IMG/VR virus record: IMGVR_UViG_3300036987_000545
Coordinates: 1 to 33,965 of that record
Origin: a virus
Lineage: Duplodnaviria; Caudoviricetes
Direction: 5' to 3' (one strand)
DNA length: 33,965 bases
The notes under the pieces are model-generated. The model was not told where the DNA came from, searched no databases, and saw only the letters and a program-made list of their open reading frames with translations. The position numbers and the translations under genes are program-made. This document shows, in pieces, positions 32,639 to 33,965 of this stretch (the stretch's first letter is position 1; each line of letters begins with the position of its first letter).

Positions 32639-33471
32639 GTTTTCCCTCCGAACAGCGGCTGGATGCTGTCATCCTCGTTCAGTTTCTTTTTGTCCCGGAC
32701 AGGGAACAGGGGTTCTATGCCTTCATCCAGTCCGGCCCTGACTTTATCCATGTTGAAGAATCCCAGGACCGCATCTATGAATTTGCACTCGTATTCCTGG
32801 GCATACCACGCTTCACCCAGGGTCATGCGTTCCTCTTCCAGGAACTCCCGCGAGATATGGTAGCACTCGTCCGCGGTGACTGAATACCTGGACCATCCAG
32901 GGTCTTGCTTGGTCCAGGTATCGTGGAAGAATCCCCGCTTTCCGAATGGAGTTGACAGGATAATCAGCTTGCCACCATGTGACAGGAAAGGTCTTATTGC
33001 CCGGTAGTCCTGGTCCTTGACAAAAGCTGCTTCGTCTATGATCACCAGCCTGGGGTTCGGATAGCCACGGATGTTCTCTCCCTTGGCCGGCAGGGCCACG
33101 ATCCTGGATCTGTTGGGCAGCTCCAGGCTGGTCTTGTTGGACTCCTCGAACTTCATTGATGGATAGGCATGGCAGATGTAATCCTTGGTCCTGCGGAACA
33201 ATTCCTTTGCCTGGCGTTCGGTGGGAGCAATGACCAGGTACAAACCAGGGTAGGAAAGGGCTTCTGCGGCTGCTTTGGCTGCAACGGTGGTTGTCTTGCC
33301 CCATTGGCGGGAGCAGCAGACTATCATCCGGTCGGACTGGTCCCGTATGATCTGCTCCTGGACCGGATCCAGCCTGAAACCCAGGCCGAAGGTATGCTCG
33401 ACCCGTGCCGCAGGGTGCAGGATGTATGTCATCTCCCTATCGAAGGTGGACAGGTTGGGGTTCATACTCAT
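32635..33471 (-). CDS. terL: Terminase large subunit, ATPase domain as a separate gene
   Basis: Walker A SRQWGKTT, Walker B LVIIDEAA, coupling motif LSTP, QEYECKF. Confidence 0.92.
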   Translation of the reverse strand: MSMNPNLSTFDREMTYILHPAARVEHTFGLGFRLDPVQEQIIRDQSDRMIVCCSRQWGKTTTVAAKAAAEALSYPGLYLVIAPTERQAKELFRRTKDYICHAYPSMKFEESNKTSLELPNRSRIVALPAKGENIRGYPNPRLVIIDEAAFVKDQDYRAIRPFLSHGGKLIILSTPFGKRGFFHDTWTKQDPGWSRYSVTADECYHISREFLEEERMTLGEAWYAQEYECKFIDAVLGFFNMDKVRAGLDEGIEPLFPVRDKKKLNEDDSIQPLFGGKT

Positions 33472-33965
33472 ACCAGATGCCTCCCGGTGTATTCCCTTAA
33501 ACCTTCCAGAACATCAGGGTAATTCTCTGCCAGCCAGCGGTATACAAGCGAAGCTGATACATCCTCTTTCTGGTACATCATCGCCACCTTCTGCTGTGCC
33601 TCAAAGATCTTCACCATTGACTCGACGGTCTTCCGTATCTCCCCGAGGGCCATCATCCTCAGTCCATCATTGCCAGTCTCTTTTGCGAGCTGTAGCAGTT
33701 CCTCAAACTCCGAATGGACTGTCAGGATTCTTTCATACGCATTGAACCCGTTGGCTGTGACAGGGAGGGTCTCGGTGAACGTCTCGTCAGCAGGAGGTGG
33801 AGGCTCCATTGGTTTTGCTGCACAGTTGCGTGTATGCCTGCTCAGTGCTGCTGCGGATACATCCCATTTGACCGCAATCTTGTTCAGGCTGAGTAATCCG
33901 ATACTGAAATCGGCCTCGATGGCTGTGCGGTCGGGGTGTTCACATACAGTACAGTGCCTTGGCAT
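33468..33965 (-). CDS. terS: Putative terminase small subunit (Cys/His motif + HTH)
   Basis: CTVCEH...IAVKWDVSAAALSRHTRNC N-terminus. Immediately upstream of and overlapping the TerL ATPase gene. Confidence 0.65.
   Translation of the reverse strand: MPRHCTVCEHPDRTAIEADFSIGLLSLNKIAVKWDVSAAALSRHTRNCAAKPMEPPPPADETFTETLPVTANGFNAYERILTVHSEFEELLQLAKETGNDGLRMMALGEIRKTVESMVKIFEAQQKVAMMYQKEDVSASLVYRWLAENYPDVLEGLREYTGRHLV

Larger units (their letters stand above)
1..33965. mobile_element. Temperate podovirus-like phage/prophage segment (integrase, lysis and morphogenesis modules); boundaries lie outside the window
   Basis: Contiguous integrase, lysis, tail, capsid, portal and terminase genes with tight ATGA-type overlaps. 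No host housekeeping genes seen. Confidence 0.95.

Overview
The whole window is the integration, lysis and virion-morphogenesis part of a temperate podovirus-type (pro)phage. Its head/tail module resembles BPP-1/T7-like phages. The integrase and its neighbour look spirochaete-like, which is inference only. The + strand carries a tyrosine integrase and a coupled DNA-binding-like gene. The - strand is one long late operon: TerS, a TerL split into two genes, portal, scaffold, major capsid, cement/decoration proteins, tail tubular A and B, two internal virion proteins, a 4170-aa polyvalent protein, tail fibres/receptor-binding proteins and a lysis cassette. Four features stand out. (1) The central ~2000 aa of the giant protein is a string of 8 effector-like modules (GNAT, two ADP-ribosyltransferase-like domains, LPD23 plus HExxH peptidase, a duplicated unknown domain, an EEIQSD domain, an RVSDH domain). 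Each border carries the same hydrophobic-hydrophobic-F-E-[P/A/Y] motif, suggesting a processed or shufflable cassette polyprotein. (2) Two 116-aa membrane-anchored coiled-coil proteins are encoded almost entirely on top of each other in different frames, share a 42-nt periodicity and have no obvious lipoprotein, a candidate non-canonical spanin pair. (3) The M23 endolysin is circularly permuted. (4) The large terminase is cleanly split. All family assignments come from motif recognition by eye; no searches were run.
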